DNA of 64,000 nt. Origin: Planctomycetota bacterium. GTDB lineage: Bacteria > Planctomycetota > Planctomycetia > Pirellulales > Lacipirellulaceae. The position numbers and the translations under genes were made by a program. This document shows positions 45,806 to 55,834 of this stretch, in pieces. The stretch lies in contig JBCCXZ010000011.1 of the NCBI GenBank assembly GCA_039190745.1, positions 1 through 64,000 of the forward strand, written 5' to 3'. The notes under the pieces were generated by a model. That model was not told the origin of the DNA, did no database searches, and worked only from the letters and a program-made list of their open reading frames with translations. Every line of letters begins with the position of its first letter. Position 1 is the first letter of the stretch.

Positions 45806-47617
45806 TCACCAGTCGAGGTGAAGCCCGAAACGGAGCCCGTGGGCGTAGAGATCGCTTTTTACGAAGAGGGGCTCGGGGCGCAACGGGAACGTGGGCAAGA
45901 TCGTGGGCGGGATCAGGTCTGGATTGATCTCGCGGTCGATCTGATCCCCGGGGCGGACGACGGGCGTGAGGTAGATCAGCGAGTAGCCGGCGGTCACGCG
46001 GAGCCGCTGCGTGACAGAGTAGCCGAGCGTGGCGCCGATCTCCGGCAGGACCGCGAAGTCGTCGCCTTTGTAGGTACCGATGTTCGAGACTTGCGTGAGC
46101 AGCCCCCCGGGGTCGGGCGGGAGGCTGTCGTTGGTGGTCTGGCCGAAGATGGTGATCTGCTGGCTGACGTTGCCGATGGCGAGCTTCGAGAGCAGCTCGA
46201 ACGACCAGCGTCGCCAAAGCCACTCGGAGACGAAGCCGACCTCGGCGCCGTTGAATTGGTTGTTCGTCTCGAAGCGGTCTAGCACCGTGATGTTTTGTAC
46301 GGCGCCGCCGATGGGCTGCAGGTCTTCGAAGACTTGCAGGTACTCGTCGAGCTCGGCGTAGCGGTAGCCGATGAGGAAGTCGGTCTTGCGGGCCGGGCGG
46401 CCGGCGGAGACGACCGATCCGCAGCCGACGCCGTCGCTGCATCCCACGCAGTCGCCGCAGGCGAGGAAGCTGCGGTCTTCGCAGCAGACCGGCAGGCGGA
46501 GGTGGACGCCGGCCATGAGGAATTCGCTCTGCGAGTTGACGGTGACGCTGCCGCTGACGACGTCGGGGAACGAGACGAACTGAGCGTCCTCGATCGGGGG
46601 GCCGACCTCGGCGATGTCGCCGTCGTTGTCGACATCGGTGATGTCGGGCGGGACCAGGTTGAAGAACGGGCGTGAGATAATGGGGTTGCCGTTGACGCCC
46701 GAGGCGAAGAAGGTCTCGGTCTCTTCGCCGAAGATGGTGTAGTCGCCCTCGATGGCCCAATCGCCGATCCAGGTTCCGAGCGTGACGCGGGCCCCGCTGC
46801 GCGCGTCTTCGTCGAGGATTTCGTTGCCGCCGTACAGTATTTGTGTGGTCGGTCGGTCCAGCAGTGTCTGGCCGCTGCCGGGCATCGGCAGGGCGCCGAG
46901 GTCGTCCGGGTCGGTGGCGGTGGTCACCAGGGGCGGGGTGTCGAAGCCGTTGAACCACCAGAGCGCGTACTCGAACCGGGAGTAAAACCGCGGCCTTGAG
47001 CGGGGGTCTGCGGGCGTGTAGCCGGTCCCGGCGTGGATGCGGCTGGGCCCACGGAGGTCGATGCCCCCGTCGATGCCCCCGTCGAGGAACACGGGGTCTG
47101 AGCCCTCGGGCACAACAAGCCCGTCGATGCTTTCGGGGGCGCTCTTGGCCCCAGCGATTTCCTCGGCGGCCTGGGTGAGGAGGATGTCGTCGCCCGGGAC
47201 CGACCGGCGAGAACGGGGCAGGTCGAGCTGGGAGGCCAGGAGGATGTCGCCCGTGTCGTGTCGGACGGTGACCTGTTTACCGATGCGGGACTCCAGGTCG
47301 ATGCCCTCGACGGGCTCGACATAGCGGAGGACGCCGCCGTAGCGGTCGACCAGGACGTAGGGCGCCAGGCCGACATCGTCGGCGGCTCCTCGGGCGAGGG
47401 TCGCGGTCAGGCTGGGACGGGGCTTGCGCTTGGGGCGTTTAGGCCGCGCGGCTGTTTTCGCCTTCGCGCTCGCGGGCGGGTCGGGCTCGAAGAGGGAGTC
47501 GAACATCTCGGCCGCAACGGCGTCGGCGCCGGTGGTTTGTGCCGAGGACAGGCCGGCCAGCAGCAGGCAGCAGATGGCCGCCCAGGCTGCGGTCGCAGCG
47601 GTTCGTAACACGTTCAT
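45806..47617 (-). CDS. BBP7-family outer-membrane beta-barrel protein
   Basis: Signal peptide, EYALWW, PPLVTT, ISRPFFN, GYRY..L.E.L, DRFETNNQFNG, PE.G..LGY and C-terminal HGLRFGLHLDW. Confidence 0.8.
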   Translation of the reverse strand: MNVLRTAATAAWAAICCLLLAGLSSAQTTGADAVAAEMFDSLFEPDPPASAKAKTAARPKRPKRKPRPSLTATLARGAADDVGLAPYVLVDRYGGVLRYVEPVEGIDLESRIGKQVTVRHDTGDILLASQLDLPRSRRSVPGDDILLTQAAEEIAGAKSAPESIDGLVVPEGSDPVFLDGGIDGGIDLRGPSRIHAGTGYTPADPRSRPRFYSRFEYALWWFNGFDTPPLVTTATDPDDLGALPMPGSGQTLLDRPTTQILYGGNEILDEDARSGARVTLGTWIGDWAIEGDYTIFGEETETFFASGVNGNPIISRPFFNLVPPDITDVDNDGDIAEVGPPIEDAQFVSFPDVVSGSVTVNSQSEFLMAGVHLRLPVCCEDRSFLACGDCVGCSDGVGCGSVVSAGRPARKTDFLIGYRYAELDEYLQVFEDLQPIGGAVQNITVLDRFETNNQFNGAEVGFVSEWLWRRWSFELLSKLAIGNVSQQITIFGQTTNDSLPPDPGGLLTQVSNIGTYKGDDFAVLPEIGATLGYSVTQRLRVTAGYSLIYLTPVVRPGDQIDREINPDLIPPTILPTFPLRPEPLFVKSDLYAHGLRFGLHLDW

Positions 47618-47869
47618 AGGTCGTCGCGTGCCGGCGGAAGCCCGCGGCGTGGTCGCCGCGCGCCGGGCCCTTGTAGAGGAGTATTTAAGCAGAAAAGAAA
47701 CAAGTGCTGACGAGCGGCGGGGCTTGTAGCAGAGGCGCTCCGAGCCCCGCAAGACCAATCCGCCGCGGGGCAAGCGTTGCCTTCCCCGAACCGGCAGTCG
47801 ATACTGGATGAAGAGTCACTAGGGTCGATGGCGGCCTTGGGGAGGCGCGACCACGAGAGCTAGCCGCAG

Positions 47870-48499
47870 ATGTGGCCCGATACCGACAAGACCGAGCAGC
47901 TGCTGAACGACGCCCGCGAGGGCCGGAGCGAGGCGGTCGACCGGCTGCTGGACCGCCACCGCGACGCGGTGCGGCGGATGATCGACCTGCGGATGGATCA
48001 GGTGCTCAAGCGTCGGGTCGATGCTAGCGACATCGTGCAAGAGGTGATGATCGAGGCGAATCGTCGGCTAACGGACTACCTCGCCGACCCGGTAATGCCG
48101 TTCCACCTGTGGCTGCGTCAGATGGCCAAAGACCGGCTGATCGACGCTCACCGCCGGCACCGGCAGACGGCCCGGCGGAGCATGGACCGCGAGCAGCCGC
48201 TCGCCGCCGCTTCGAACAGCGCGTCGGGACTGGACCTCTTGGGCCAGATCCGCGACCAGGAGCTTACGCCCGCCGCGGCGGCCACCTGGCGGGAGCTGCA
48301 GCGGCGGTTCAGCGAGGCGTGCGAGCAGCTCGAGCCGAAGGACCAGGAGATTGTTCTGATGCGGCACTTCGAGCACCTGACCAACAGCGAGGCGGCCGAC
48401 GCATTGGAGCTGACTCCCCAGGCCGCGAGCATGCGGTACCTGCGCGCGATGCGTCGGCTGCGAGAGTTTATGGACGACGACTACCAACCGGAGTCTTAA
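47870..48499 (+). CDS. ECF sigma-70 factor (planctomycete kinase-associated type)
   Basis: RRVDASDIVQEV, FHLWLRQMA..RLIDAHRRH and region 4 QEIVLMRHFEHL...EAA..L...RYLRA. Confidence 0.9.
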   Translation: MWPDTDKTEQLLNDAREGRSEAVDRLLDRHRDAVRRMIDLRMDQVLKRRVDASDIVQEVMIEANRRLTDYLADPVMPFHLWLRQMAKDRLIDAHRRHRQTARRSMDREQPLAAASNSASGLDLLGQIRDQELTPAAAATWRELQRRFSEACEQLEPKDQEIVLMRHFEHLTNSEAADALELTPQAASMRYLRAMRRLREFMDDDYQPES

Positions 48500-48547
48500 C
48501 CCGCCTCCGCGTTTACCGGCTGCTTGATTCAGCAGCGCGAACTTTCG

Positions 48548-50233
48548 ATGTCTGAAGCCCCGCCACAAGCCGACCGCGAGACCCGGCTGGCCGACTTGCT
48601 GCAGTCGATCTCGGACATGCCCTCGGACAAGCGGCCGCCTCTGGAGCAGTTGGCCGAAGAGCACCCCGACTTGGCGGACGACCTCCGCGAGCTGTGGGGC
48701 ACGATGATGGTGGTCGAGGCCGTCGCGCACCAGAGTCCGACAGTTACTTTAGACGACCAGCCGCCGCGGATTGCGGTGAGCGACGTGTTGCCCCCCGAGC
48801 GGCTCGGAGAATACGAGCTCTTGGAGATGCTGGGCCGCGGCGGCATGGGCGTCGTCTACCGGGCGCAGCAACGGTCGCTGCAGCGTGAGGTTGCGCTGAA
48901 GCTGATCCTCCAAGGCTCGGTGGCCCGCGACGACGAGCTGGCGCGGTTCCAGTCGGAGGCGGAGGCGGCCGCGGCGCTGGAGCACCCGAACATCGTGCCG
49001 ATCTTCGAGGTCGGCGAGACGCAGGGCTGGCACTACATCGGCATGAAGCTCATCCGCGGCGAGAACCTCTCGCAGCGGCTTTCGCGCGGGCCGTTGCCCG
49101 AGCGGGAGGCGGCGTCTTTGATCATCAAGGTCGCACGGGCGATCGAGTACGCCCATTCTCAGGGCGTGATCCACCGCGATTTGAAGCCGGCCAACATCCT
49201 GATCGACGAGGACGGCAACCCGCACGTCTCCGACTTTGGGTTGGCGAAGAAGCTCACCTCCGGGGCGTCGCTCACGCACACCGGCGAGGTGCTTGGCACC
49301 CCCGCGTACATGGCGCCCGAGCAGGCCGAGCGGGGCCGGGGGGAGATCGGCCCGCCGTGCGACGTGTTCAGCCTGGGGGCGATTCTCTACGCGTCGGTCA
49401 CGGGCCGGCCTCCGTTCCAGGGGGCGACCGCGGTCGACACGCTGCTGGTGCTGCTGGAGCAAGACCCGCCCCCGCCGCGGCTCTTGAACCCCCAACTGAC
49501 GCGCGACCTGGAGATGATCCTGCAGAAGTCGCTGCAGAAGCCCGTCGAGCTGCGCTACGCCTCGGCGGGGGCGTTGGCGGACGACCTGCGGGCGCACCTG
49601 GACGGGCTGCCGATCTCGGCGCGGAGCGGGCGTTTCGGACAGATCGTCAACAAGGTGTTCCGCGAGACGCACTACGCCAACGTGCTCGAGCGGTGGAGCG
49701 TCTTGTGGATGTGGCACGCGGTGGTGCTGCTGGTGATGTGCGTCGTGACGAACTGGTTCGATTTGATGCGCGACCGCTGGCCGCAGATGGACACGCCTTG
49801 GCCTTACCTGCTGTTGTGGGGCGGCGGGCTCGCGGTGTGGGCGCCGACCTTCTGGGCGCTACGCCGGCGGGGCGGCCCCGTAACCGCGGTGGAGCGGCAC
49901 ATCGCCCATGCGTGGGGCGCGAGCATCATCGGCGTGATCCTGCTGTTCGTGATAGAAGTCCAGCTCGGTATGGACGTGCTGGCGCTGTCGCCGGTGCTGG
50001 GCGTAGTGAACGGCATGGCGTTCACGGTGAAGGCCGGCATTCTTGGCGGCGCCTTCTACTTCTACGCCGCGGCCCTGTACGGGATGGCGATCGTGATGGC
50101 CTTCCTGCAGGCGGCCGAGATCCCCTACGGCGTCACGCTGTATGGGCTGGTGTCGGCGTCTTCGTTCTTCTTCCCCGGCTGGAAGTACTTCCGTCTGCGG
50201 AGGAAGCGGCAGGCGCGGGCGGGCAGGCCTTAG
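48548..50233 (+). CDS. Hanks-type Ser/Thr protein kinase with a C-terminal multi-TM domain
   Basis: LGRGGMGVVY, VALK, HRDLKPAN, DFGLAK and GTPAYMAPEQ motifs, then about six TM segments. Confidence 0.95.
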   Translation: MSEAPPQADRETRLADLLQSISDMPSDKRPPLEQLAEEHPDLADDLRELWGTMMVVEAVAHQSPTVTLDDQPPRIAVSDVLPPERLGEYELLEMLGRGGMGVVYRAQQRSLQREVALKLILQGSVARDDELARFQSEAEAAAALEHPNIVPIFEVGETQGWHYIGMKLIRGENLSQRLSRGPLPEREAASLIIKVARAIEYAHSQGVIHRDLKPANILIDEDGNPHVSDFGLAKKLTSGASLTHTGEVLGTPAYMAPEQAERGRGEIGPPCDVFSLGAILYASVTGRPPFQGATAVDTLLVLLEQDPPPPRLLNPQLTRDLEMILQKSLQKPVELRYASAGALADDLRAHLDGLPISARSGRFGQIVNKVFRETHYANVLERWSVLWMWHAVVLLVMCVVTNWFDLMRDRWPQMDTPWPYLLLWGGGLAVWAPTFWALRRRGGPVTAVERHIAHAWGASIIGVILLFVIEVQLGMDVLALSPVLGVVNGMAFTVKAGILGGAFYFYAAALYGMAIVMAFLQAAEIPYGVTLYGLVSASSFFFPGWKYFRLRRKRQARAGRP

Positions 50234-50832
50234 CGGAGGCCGCCCTGCGGGGGCGGGAAGTAGCCGCCGACGTTCTGCATCGTGCCGGCCATGTCGAGCC
50301 GGACGAATGGGTGACCAGTGCCGGAGTATTCTTCCGAGCCGGTGGTGCTGTACGGGTTGCGGGCGGCCATCTGGGTGAGGCGGTGGTGGTGGATCGCCGC
50401 GGCCTGCTCGACCCTCGCCTGTTGGTTCTGCTGGCGGTTGAACCGGTTGCGTTGCTGTTGCTGCTGCAGCTGCGGGCGGACGACGTTGTAGTAGTCCTGG
50501 ACGCCGCCGAACGGGTTGTTGTTCAGCCCAAGGTAGGGCGTCACGTTCGAGCTGCTCCGGTTCACCGACGAGAACGGCTTGTTGGCGCCGGGGGTCAGGC
50601 TGAACGTATTCTGCGACTGGTTCAGGCTCGAGAACGCGAACCGCGGGACCGAGTTGCGGATGGCCTGCGACCGGAACCGGTTGGCGCTGAACAGCGACGC
50701 GCTGTTGGCGTTGCGGATGCCGGCGAGCTGGTTGTTGGTGAAGAACGAATCGTTCTGGGCGAGAGCCGATCCTGCCGGCGCCAAGACCAGGGCGGCTAAT
50801 AGGAGGTTCTTCAGCATCGCGGGGGCGGGCAT
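50230..50832 (-). CDS. Secreted Asn/Gln-rich hypothetical protein
   Basis: Signal peptide, PYLGL...YYNVVRPQLQQQQQ. Start is 50832 or 50817. Confidence 0.7.
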   Translation of the reverse strand: MPAPAMLKNLLLAALVLAPAGSALAQNDSFFTNNQLAGIRNANSASLFSANRFRSQAIRNSVPRFAFSSLNQSQNTFSLTPGANKPFSSVNRSSSNVTPYLGLNNNPFGGVQDYYNVVRPQLQQQQQRNRFNRQQNQQARVEQAAAIHHHRLTQMAARNPYSTTGSEEYSGTGHPFVRLDMAGTMQNVGGYFPPPQGGLR

Positions 50833-51125
50833 GTCGGTGTTCCGGCTGTGCGGTGTAACTTGGCTGAGAAGCGTCGTTGAGAGGCGTTGTTCTCGATCCG
50901 GCTTCGTCTTTGATCCTAGGCGGCCGGGGTCTGGCAAGCAATGAATCTGTGCTGATTGCCGGGCTAGCGCCCGCCGGTCTCTAACTCTAGGCTACCCCGC
51001 CCCGGGGGGCCTATCGTGTTGCCCCGCCGTGACATACGGCGCTTCGGACGGGCGGTGCAGGCGTTGCGACCGGAACAGTCGGCGCCCTGGGCGTAGCTGG
51101 GTGGCTCGGTGGGCAGTCGACGGCG

Positions 51126-51650
51126 CTAGCGGCGTCGCTGGCGGAAGAAATCGGTGAGCACCCGCCCGCACTCTTCTGCGAGCACGCCGCCCTCGACCTC
51201 GACGCGGTGGTTGAAGCGGTCGTCTTCCAAGAGTCGGTACAGCGACCGCACAGCCCCCGCCTTGGGGTCGAGCGCCCCGAACACGACGCGGTCGACCCGT
51301 GATTGCAGCAGTGCCCCCGCGCACATCGGGCAGGGTTCTAGGGTCACCACGAGTGTGCATCCGGTGAGCCGCCAGCTCTGCAGGCTCTCGGCCGCCTGGG
51401 TGATGGCGAGCACTTCGGCGTGGGCGGTGGGGTCGCGGAGCGTTTCGCGTTGGTTGTGGGCCGAGCCAATGACCCGGCCGTTGTGGAGGACGACGCAGCC
51501 GACCGGCACCTCGCCGGCTTCCGCGGCCGCGGCGGCTTCCGCGAGGGCGAGTTGCATGGCGTCGGCGTCGGTCACGTGAGGCTGCTTATCGATCGAGGGT
51601 GCGAGAACTTCCTCGGAGCAGTTTAGCAGAACGCCGAAGGTCGCGATCAC
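51126..51650 (-). CDS. tadA: tRNA adenosine(34) deaminase
   Basis: GEVPVG, DPTAHAE, TLEPCPMC, DPKAGA and FF..RR motifs. True start probably ~51575. Confidence 0.92.
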   Translation of the reverse strand: MIATFGVLLNCSEEVLAPSIDKQPHVTDADAMQLALAEAAAAAEAGEVPVGCVVLHNGRVIGSAHNQRETLRDPTAHAEVLAITQAAESLQSWRLTGCTLVVTLEPCPMCAGALLQSRVDRVVFGALDPKAGAVRSLYRLLEDDRFNHRVEVEGGVLAEECGRVLTDFFRQRRR

Positions 51651-51705
51651 GCTAGAAGGGAAGCTGGGAAGCCCGGCTTCTCGTCGTTACACTCACAGGC
51701 CCGTT

Positions 51706-52146
51706 GTGACCTCCAAGCCGAACACGCCTTTGATGCCTACAGAACCGAACTCGGACCGCCCGTGGGAACGGGTCGCGACCGCGGCGCAGTTTTGGACCGC
51801 CGCCCTGCTTGTGGTCATGTTTGTTGGCACGCATATGCCCAACTCGATCGACGGGCTCGAGGGCGGGCGGGACCGGATCGCGCACTTTGTCGGCTACGCG
51901 GCGCTGGCCTGCAGCGTGCTGGCGACCCTCGAACTCTCGCTGCCGAGGGTCGAGCCGCGGCACTACTTCGGGGTGTGGGTCTCGCTGGTGCTCTACGGCG
52001 TTTTCGATGAGATCACGCAGACGCCGATGCGCCGGGTGTGCGATGTGACCGACTGGGCGTTCGACGTGATGGGCGCTACATCGGGCATCGTCTTCTACCT
52101 CGTGGGCCGGTCGGTCTTGCGGGGCTTGGCTTCTGGGGAAACCTAG
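51706..52146 (+). CDS. VanZ family membrane protein
   Basis: DRIAHFVGY, YGVFDEITQ..R and DW.FD..G motifs. Confidence 0.85.
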   Translation: MTSKPNTPLMPTEPNSDRPWERVATAAQFWTAALLVVMFVGTHMPNSIDGLEGGRDRIAHFVGYAALACSVLATLELSLPRVEPRHYFGVWVSLVLYGVFDEITQTPMRRVCDVTDWAFDVMGATSGIVFYLVGRSVLRGLASGET

Positions 52147-55100
52147 CGCCGGCCGCCGGCCATGGCGGGCCGCTTGCCCGTCCTGCCGCCGCGTTGCCGC
52201 GACGAGGATTCGAGCCGGAGGTTGCCTGGCCCGAGCAGCTGGTCGACCCGCTCGCGGAGTTCGGGGTTGGGCTCGACGCCGTCCCACTGGCTGTCGAGCC
52301 ACACCTGGCCGCCGTCGGAGAGGTCCAGCCGCAGGCGGAGTTTTTTTTTGCCGGGGTAGCCCCGGAGGATTTCCCGCAGGCTGACCAGGCCCTGCTCTCC
52401 GTGCTCGGCTTCGGTGACGCGGATCACGAGGCTGTTGGCCTGCTGTTCGGGGAGCTCTTCGAGCGGGAGCACTTGGTCGACAATGAAATTGGTTTCTTCA
52501 GCTCCGGGGCGGCGGTCGACTTTGCCCATCAGCGCGACGATGGCGTCGGCCTGCACCAAGTGCCCGTACTCGGCGAACTGTTCGGGCCAAAGGATACAGC
52601 GGACGATGCCGTCGAGGTCTTCCAGGTCCCACATGGCGTACTTGGTGTGGGTGCTGCCGGGCCGCGGGTTCTTGGTGTGCTTGAAGGTGAGGGCTCCGAT
52701 CATACCGCCGACGGTGGCCTCGTCGCGGTGCTTCATGTTGGCCAGCGCCGGGGTGGCGACGCAGTACGACCGGACGATCTGCGTGTGCTCGGCGAGCGGG
52801 TGGCTGGTGAGGTAGAACCCGAGGACTTCCTTCTCGAGGGCGAGTTGCTCCTTCTCTTCGAACGGCGGGATCTTGGGCAGCTCGGGCGTGGCCTGCTCGT
52901 CGTCGGCTTCTTCGAAGAGGCCTTTCTGCCCGCTGCGGCGGTCCGCTGCGGCTGAGGCGCCCGACTGCAACGCTCGATCCAGAACCATGAGCAGTTGGGC
53001 TCGCGTGCCGGAGGTGCTGTCGAACGCGCCGGCCTTGATGAGCGATTCGATCGTGGAGCGGTTGCAGAGCTGCGGGTCGACGCGGTCGCAGAAGTCGAAC
53101 ACGCTCGTGAAGGGGCCGTCCTTCGTGCGGGCTTTGCCGATCGCCTCGGCCGCGGCCTGGCCGCAGCCCTTGATGGCGCAGAGGCCGAAGTAGATCTTGC
53201 CCTCCTGCACGACGAAATGTGGCGACGAGGCGTTGACGTTTGGCGGGACGACCTCGACGTCCATCCGGCGGCAGTCTTCGAGGTGCTCGACCAGGGCGTC
53301 TTTGTTCTTGAAGTTCCGGCCCGGGATGTCGCAGGACAAGAGGGCAGCCATGAACTCCACCGGGTGGTGGGCCTTTAGGTAGGCGGTCATGTACGCGATG
53401 AGGGCGTAGGCGGTGGAGTGGCTTTTGTTGAAGCCGTAGCCGGCGAACTTCTCGATCATCTCGAAGAGCTCGACCGCCTTCTTCTTGTCGAGCCCCTGGC
53501 CGTGGGCGCCGTCGATGAACTCCTCGCGGAACTTGGCGATGATCGGCAGCTTCTTCTTGCTGATCGCCTTGATGCATTTGTACGCGTCGGAGAGGTGGAT
53601 GCCGCCCAAGCGGTTGAGGATCCGCATCACCTGTTCTTGGTAGACCATCACGCCGTGGGTCTCTTCGAGCACGTCCTCCATCACGGGGTGCGGGTAGGAG
53701 GCCGGCTTGCGGCCGTGCTTGACCTCTATGTAGTCGTCGACCATGCCCCCCTCGAGCGGGCCGGGCCGGTAGAGGGCGTTGGTGGCGATCACGTCGCGGA
53801 AGGCGTCGGGCTTCATCCGTTGGAGCAGGTCGCGGATGCCGCCGCTTTCGAGCTGGAAGATGCCCTTCGTTTCGCCCCGGCAGAGGAGTGCGAAGGTCTC
53901 CTGGTCGTCGAGTGGGAAGGCGTACGGGTCGATTTTTTCGCCGGTGGAGAGCTCGATCAGGTCGATCGTGCGGGCGAGGATCGTGAGGTTGCGGAGGCCG
54001 AGGAAGTCCATCTTCAAAAGGCCGGCCGCCTCGACGTCGTTCATCGCCCACTGGGTGATGACCTCGGTTTTGCCCTTCACGTGCTGCAGGGGCACGTACT
54101 CCTCGACCGGCTTCTCGGCGATCACCACCGCGGCGGCGTGCGTGCCGACGTTGCGCGCTAGGCCCTCGATTTTCTGGGCCAGGTCGATGAGCTCGCGGAC
54201 CTCGCCGTCCGACTCGTAGGTGTTGCGGAGCTCGTCGCTCTGTTCGAGCGCGCCCTCGATGGTGATGCCGAGCTGCTCGGGCACCATCCCGACGACCTGG
54301 TCGACCCGGAAGACGGGCATGCCAAGAGTGCGACCGACATCGCGGATCGCGGCCCGTGCGGCGAGCGTGCCGAAGGTGCCGATCTGGGCGACGTTCGCTT
54401 CGCCGTATTTGTCTTTGACGTACTGGATGACCTCGCCGCGGCGTTCCTTGCAGAAGTCGATGTCGATATCTGGGGCTTCCAGCCGGCTCTCGTCGAGGAA
54501 CCGCTCGAAGAGCAGGTCGTACTCCAGCGGGCAGACGTGACTGAGCTTGAGCGCGTAACAGACCAGCGAGCCGACGCCCGAGCCGCGGGCCGTGCACGGG
54601 ATGTCCCGCTCGACGGCGATGCGGACGAAGTCCCAGACGATGAGGAAGTAGTCGCAGAAGCCGAGCTTGTTGATGACGCCCAGCTCGCGGTCGAGCCGGG
54701 CCTGCACCTCGTCGCTGAGCCGATCGCCCTGCCAGCGGTCGGGCCGGTTGGCGTAGCGTTCTCTGAGGCCCTCTTCGCAGAGCCGGCGGAGGAAGTCTTC
54801 GGAGGTCTCGGTTTCGGGCGGCGTGAAAGTGGGGAAGTGCCGCTTGCCTAGTTCGAGGTCGAGGTCGATCGAGTCGGCGATCTCTTGCGACCGGGCGAGG
54901 GCCTCTTCGTCGCCCCGCAGGGCCTCGTACATCTGCTCGGGGCTGCGGAGGAAGAACTGGTCGCCCTCCATTTTCATGCGGTTGGAGTCGGTGCGGAACT
55001 TGCCGGTGTTGATGCAGAGCAGAACGTCCTGCGCCTCGGCGTCTTCCTGGTTGACGTAGTGGGCGTCGCTGGTGGCGACGACCGGCAGGCCCATCCGCTG

Positions 55101-55709
55101 AGCGACCTCGTTGGCCGCGACGCGCGCTTGACGCTGGATCTCCAGTCCGTTGTCTTGGATCTCGATGAAGTATCGGTCGCCGAAGACGCTGTGGTACCAG
55201 GCGGCGATCTCTTGGGCCTGCTCGATCTGTTCCTCGACGGCCGGGCCGCTGCCGGTGAGCAGTGTTCGAGAGAACTCGCCGGAGACGCACCCGCTCAGGC
55301 AGACGATGCCCTCGGAGTGGTCGGCGAGCAGCTCGCGATCGATGCGGGGCTTGTGGTAGAAGCCCTCGAGGAACGCGCGGCTGGACATCTTCACGAGGTT
55401 CTGGAACCCCGTGCGGTTCTGTGCGAGCAGCGTCAGGTGGTAGCTTGACTCTTTGCTGCTGCCTGAGCCTGCCTTGTCGAACCGGCTGCCGGGGGCGATG
55501 TAGGCCTCGTAGCCGACGATCGGGTTGATCTCGGCCTCGCGGCAGGCCTGGTAGAATTCGAGCGCGCCGTAGAGGTTGCCGTGGTCGGTGAGCGCCAGGG
55601 CGTTCATGCCCTGTTCTTTGGCGCGGGCGACCAGCTTGCGGATGGGGCTTGCGCCATCGAGCAGGCTGTAGTGGCTGTGGCAGTGCAGGTGGACGAACGG
55701 CTTGGCCAC
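52143..55709 (-). CDS. dnaE: DNA polymerase III alpha subunit
   Basis: FVHLHCHSHYSLLDG, ALTDHG, RGSGVGS, PDIDIDF, KMDFLGL and YGFNKSH motifs. Confidence 0.97.
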   Translation of the reverse strand: MAKPFVHLHCHSHYSLLDGASPIRKLVARAKEQGMNALALTDHGNLYGALEFYQACREAEINPIVGYEAYIAPGSRFDKAGSGSSKESSYHLTLLAQNRTGFQNLVKMSSRAFLEGFYHKPRIDRELLADHSEGIVCLSGCVSGEFSRTLLTGSGPAVEEQIEQAQEIAAWYHSVFGDRYFIEIQDNGLEIQRQARVAANEVAQRMGLPVVATSDAHYVNQEDAEAQDVLLCINTGKFRTDSNRMKMEGDQFFLRSPEQMYEALRGDEEALARSQEIADSIDLDLELGKRHFPTFTPPETETSEDFLRRLCEEGLRERYANRPDRWQGDRLSDEVQARLDRELGVINKLGFCDYFLIVWDFVRIAVERDIPCTARGSGVGSLVCYALKLSHVCPLEYDLLFERFLDESRLEAPDIDIDFCKERRGEVIQYVKDKYGEANVAQIGTFGTLAARAAIRDVGRTLGMPVFRVDQVVGMVPEQLGITIEGALEQSDELRNTYESDGEVRELIDLAQKIEGLARNVGTHAAAVVIAEKPVEEYVPLQHVKGKTEVITQWAMNDVEAAGLLKMDFLGLRNLTILARTIDLIELSTGEKIDPYAFPLDDQETFALLCRGETKGIFQLESGGIRDLLQRMKPDAFRDVIATNALYRPGPLEGGMVDDYIEVKHGRKPASYPHPVMEDVLEETHGVMVYQEQVMRILNRLGGIHLSDAYKCIKAISKKKLPIIAKFREEFIDGAHGQGLDKKKAVELFEMIEKFAGYGFNKSHSTAYALIAYMTAYLKAHHPVEFMAALLSCDIPGRNFKNKDALVEHLEDCRRMDVEVVPPNVNASSPHFVVQEGKIYFGLCAIKGCGQAAAEAIGKARTKDGPFTSVFDFCDRVDPQLCNRSTIESLIKAGAFDSTSGTRAQLLMVLDRALQSGASAAADRRSGQKGLFEEADDEQATPELPKIPPFEEKEQLALEKEVLGFYLTSHPLAEHTQIVRSYCVATPALANMKHRDEATVGGMIGALTFKHTKNPRPGSTHTKYAMWDLEDLDGIVRCILWPEQFAEYGHLVQADAIVALMGKVDRRPGAEETNFIVDQVLPLEELPEQQANSLVIRVTEAEHGEQGLVSLREILRGYPGKKKLRLRLDLSDGGQVWLDSQWDGVEPNPELRERVDQLLGPGNLRLESSSRQRGGRTGKRPAMAGGRR

Positions 55710-55834
55710 GGGGGTCCCCTTCCTGGGTGCGCATCAATGGCGGCGGCGGGCCGCGGTGGTGAGCGAACGATTGTAGCCCGCTCCACCGTGGAGCTAAAGA
55801 ATCGTCGGGGGGAAGAGGCCGATCGGCCAGGTTC

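Noticed and set aside
52143..55709. Possible intein in DnaE
   Set aside because: Length (1188 aa) and motif spacing are normal, and no intein termini were seen.
52498..55737. 1079-aa alternative-frame ORF over dnaE, plus similar long shadow ORFs (e.g. 19760-22009, 61667-63367)
   Set aside because: Arg/Pro/Gly-rich translations typical of stop-poor frames in high-GC DNA, overlapping confidently identified genes.
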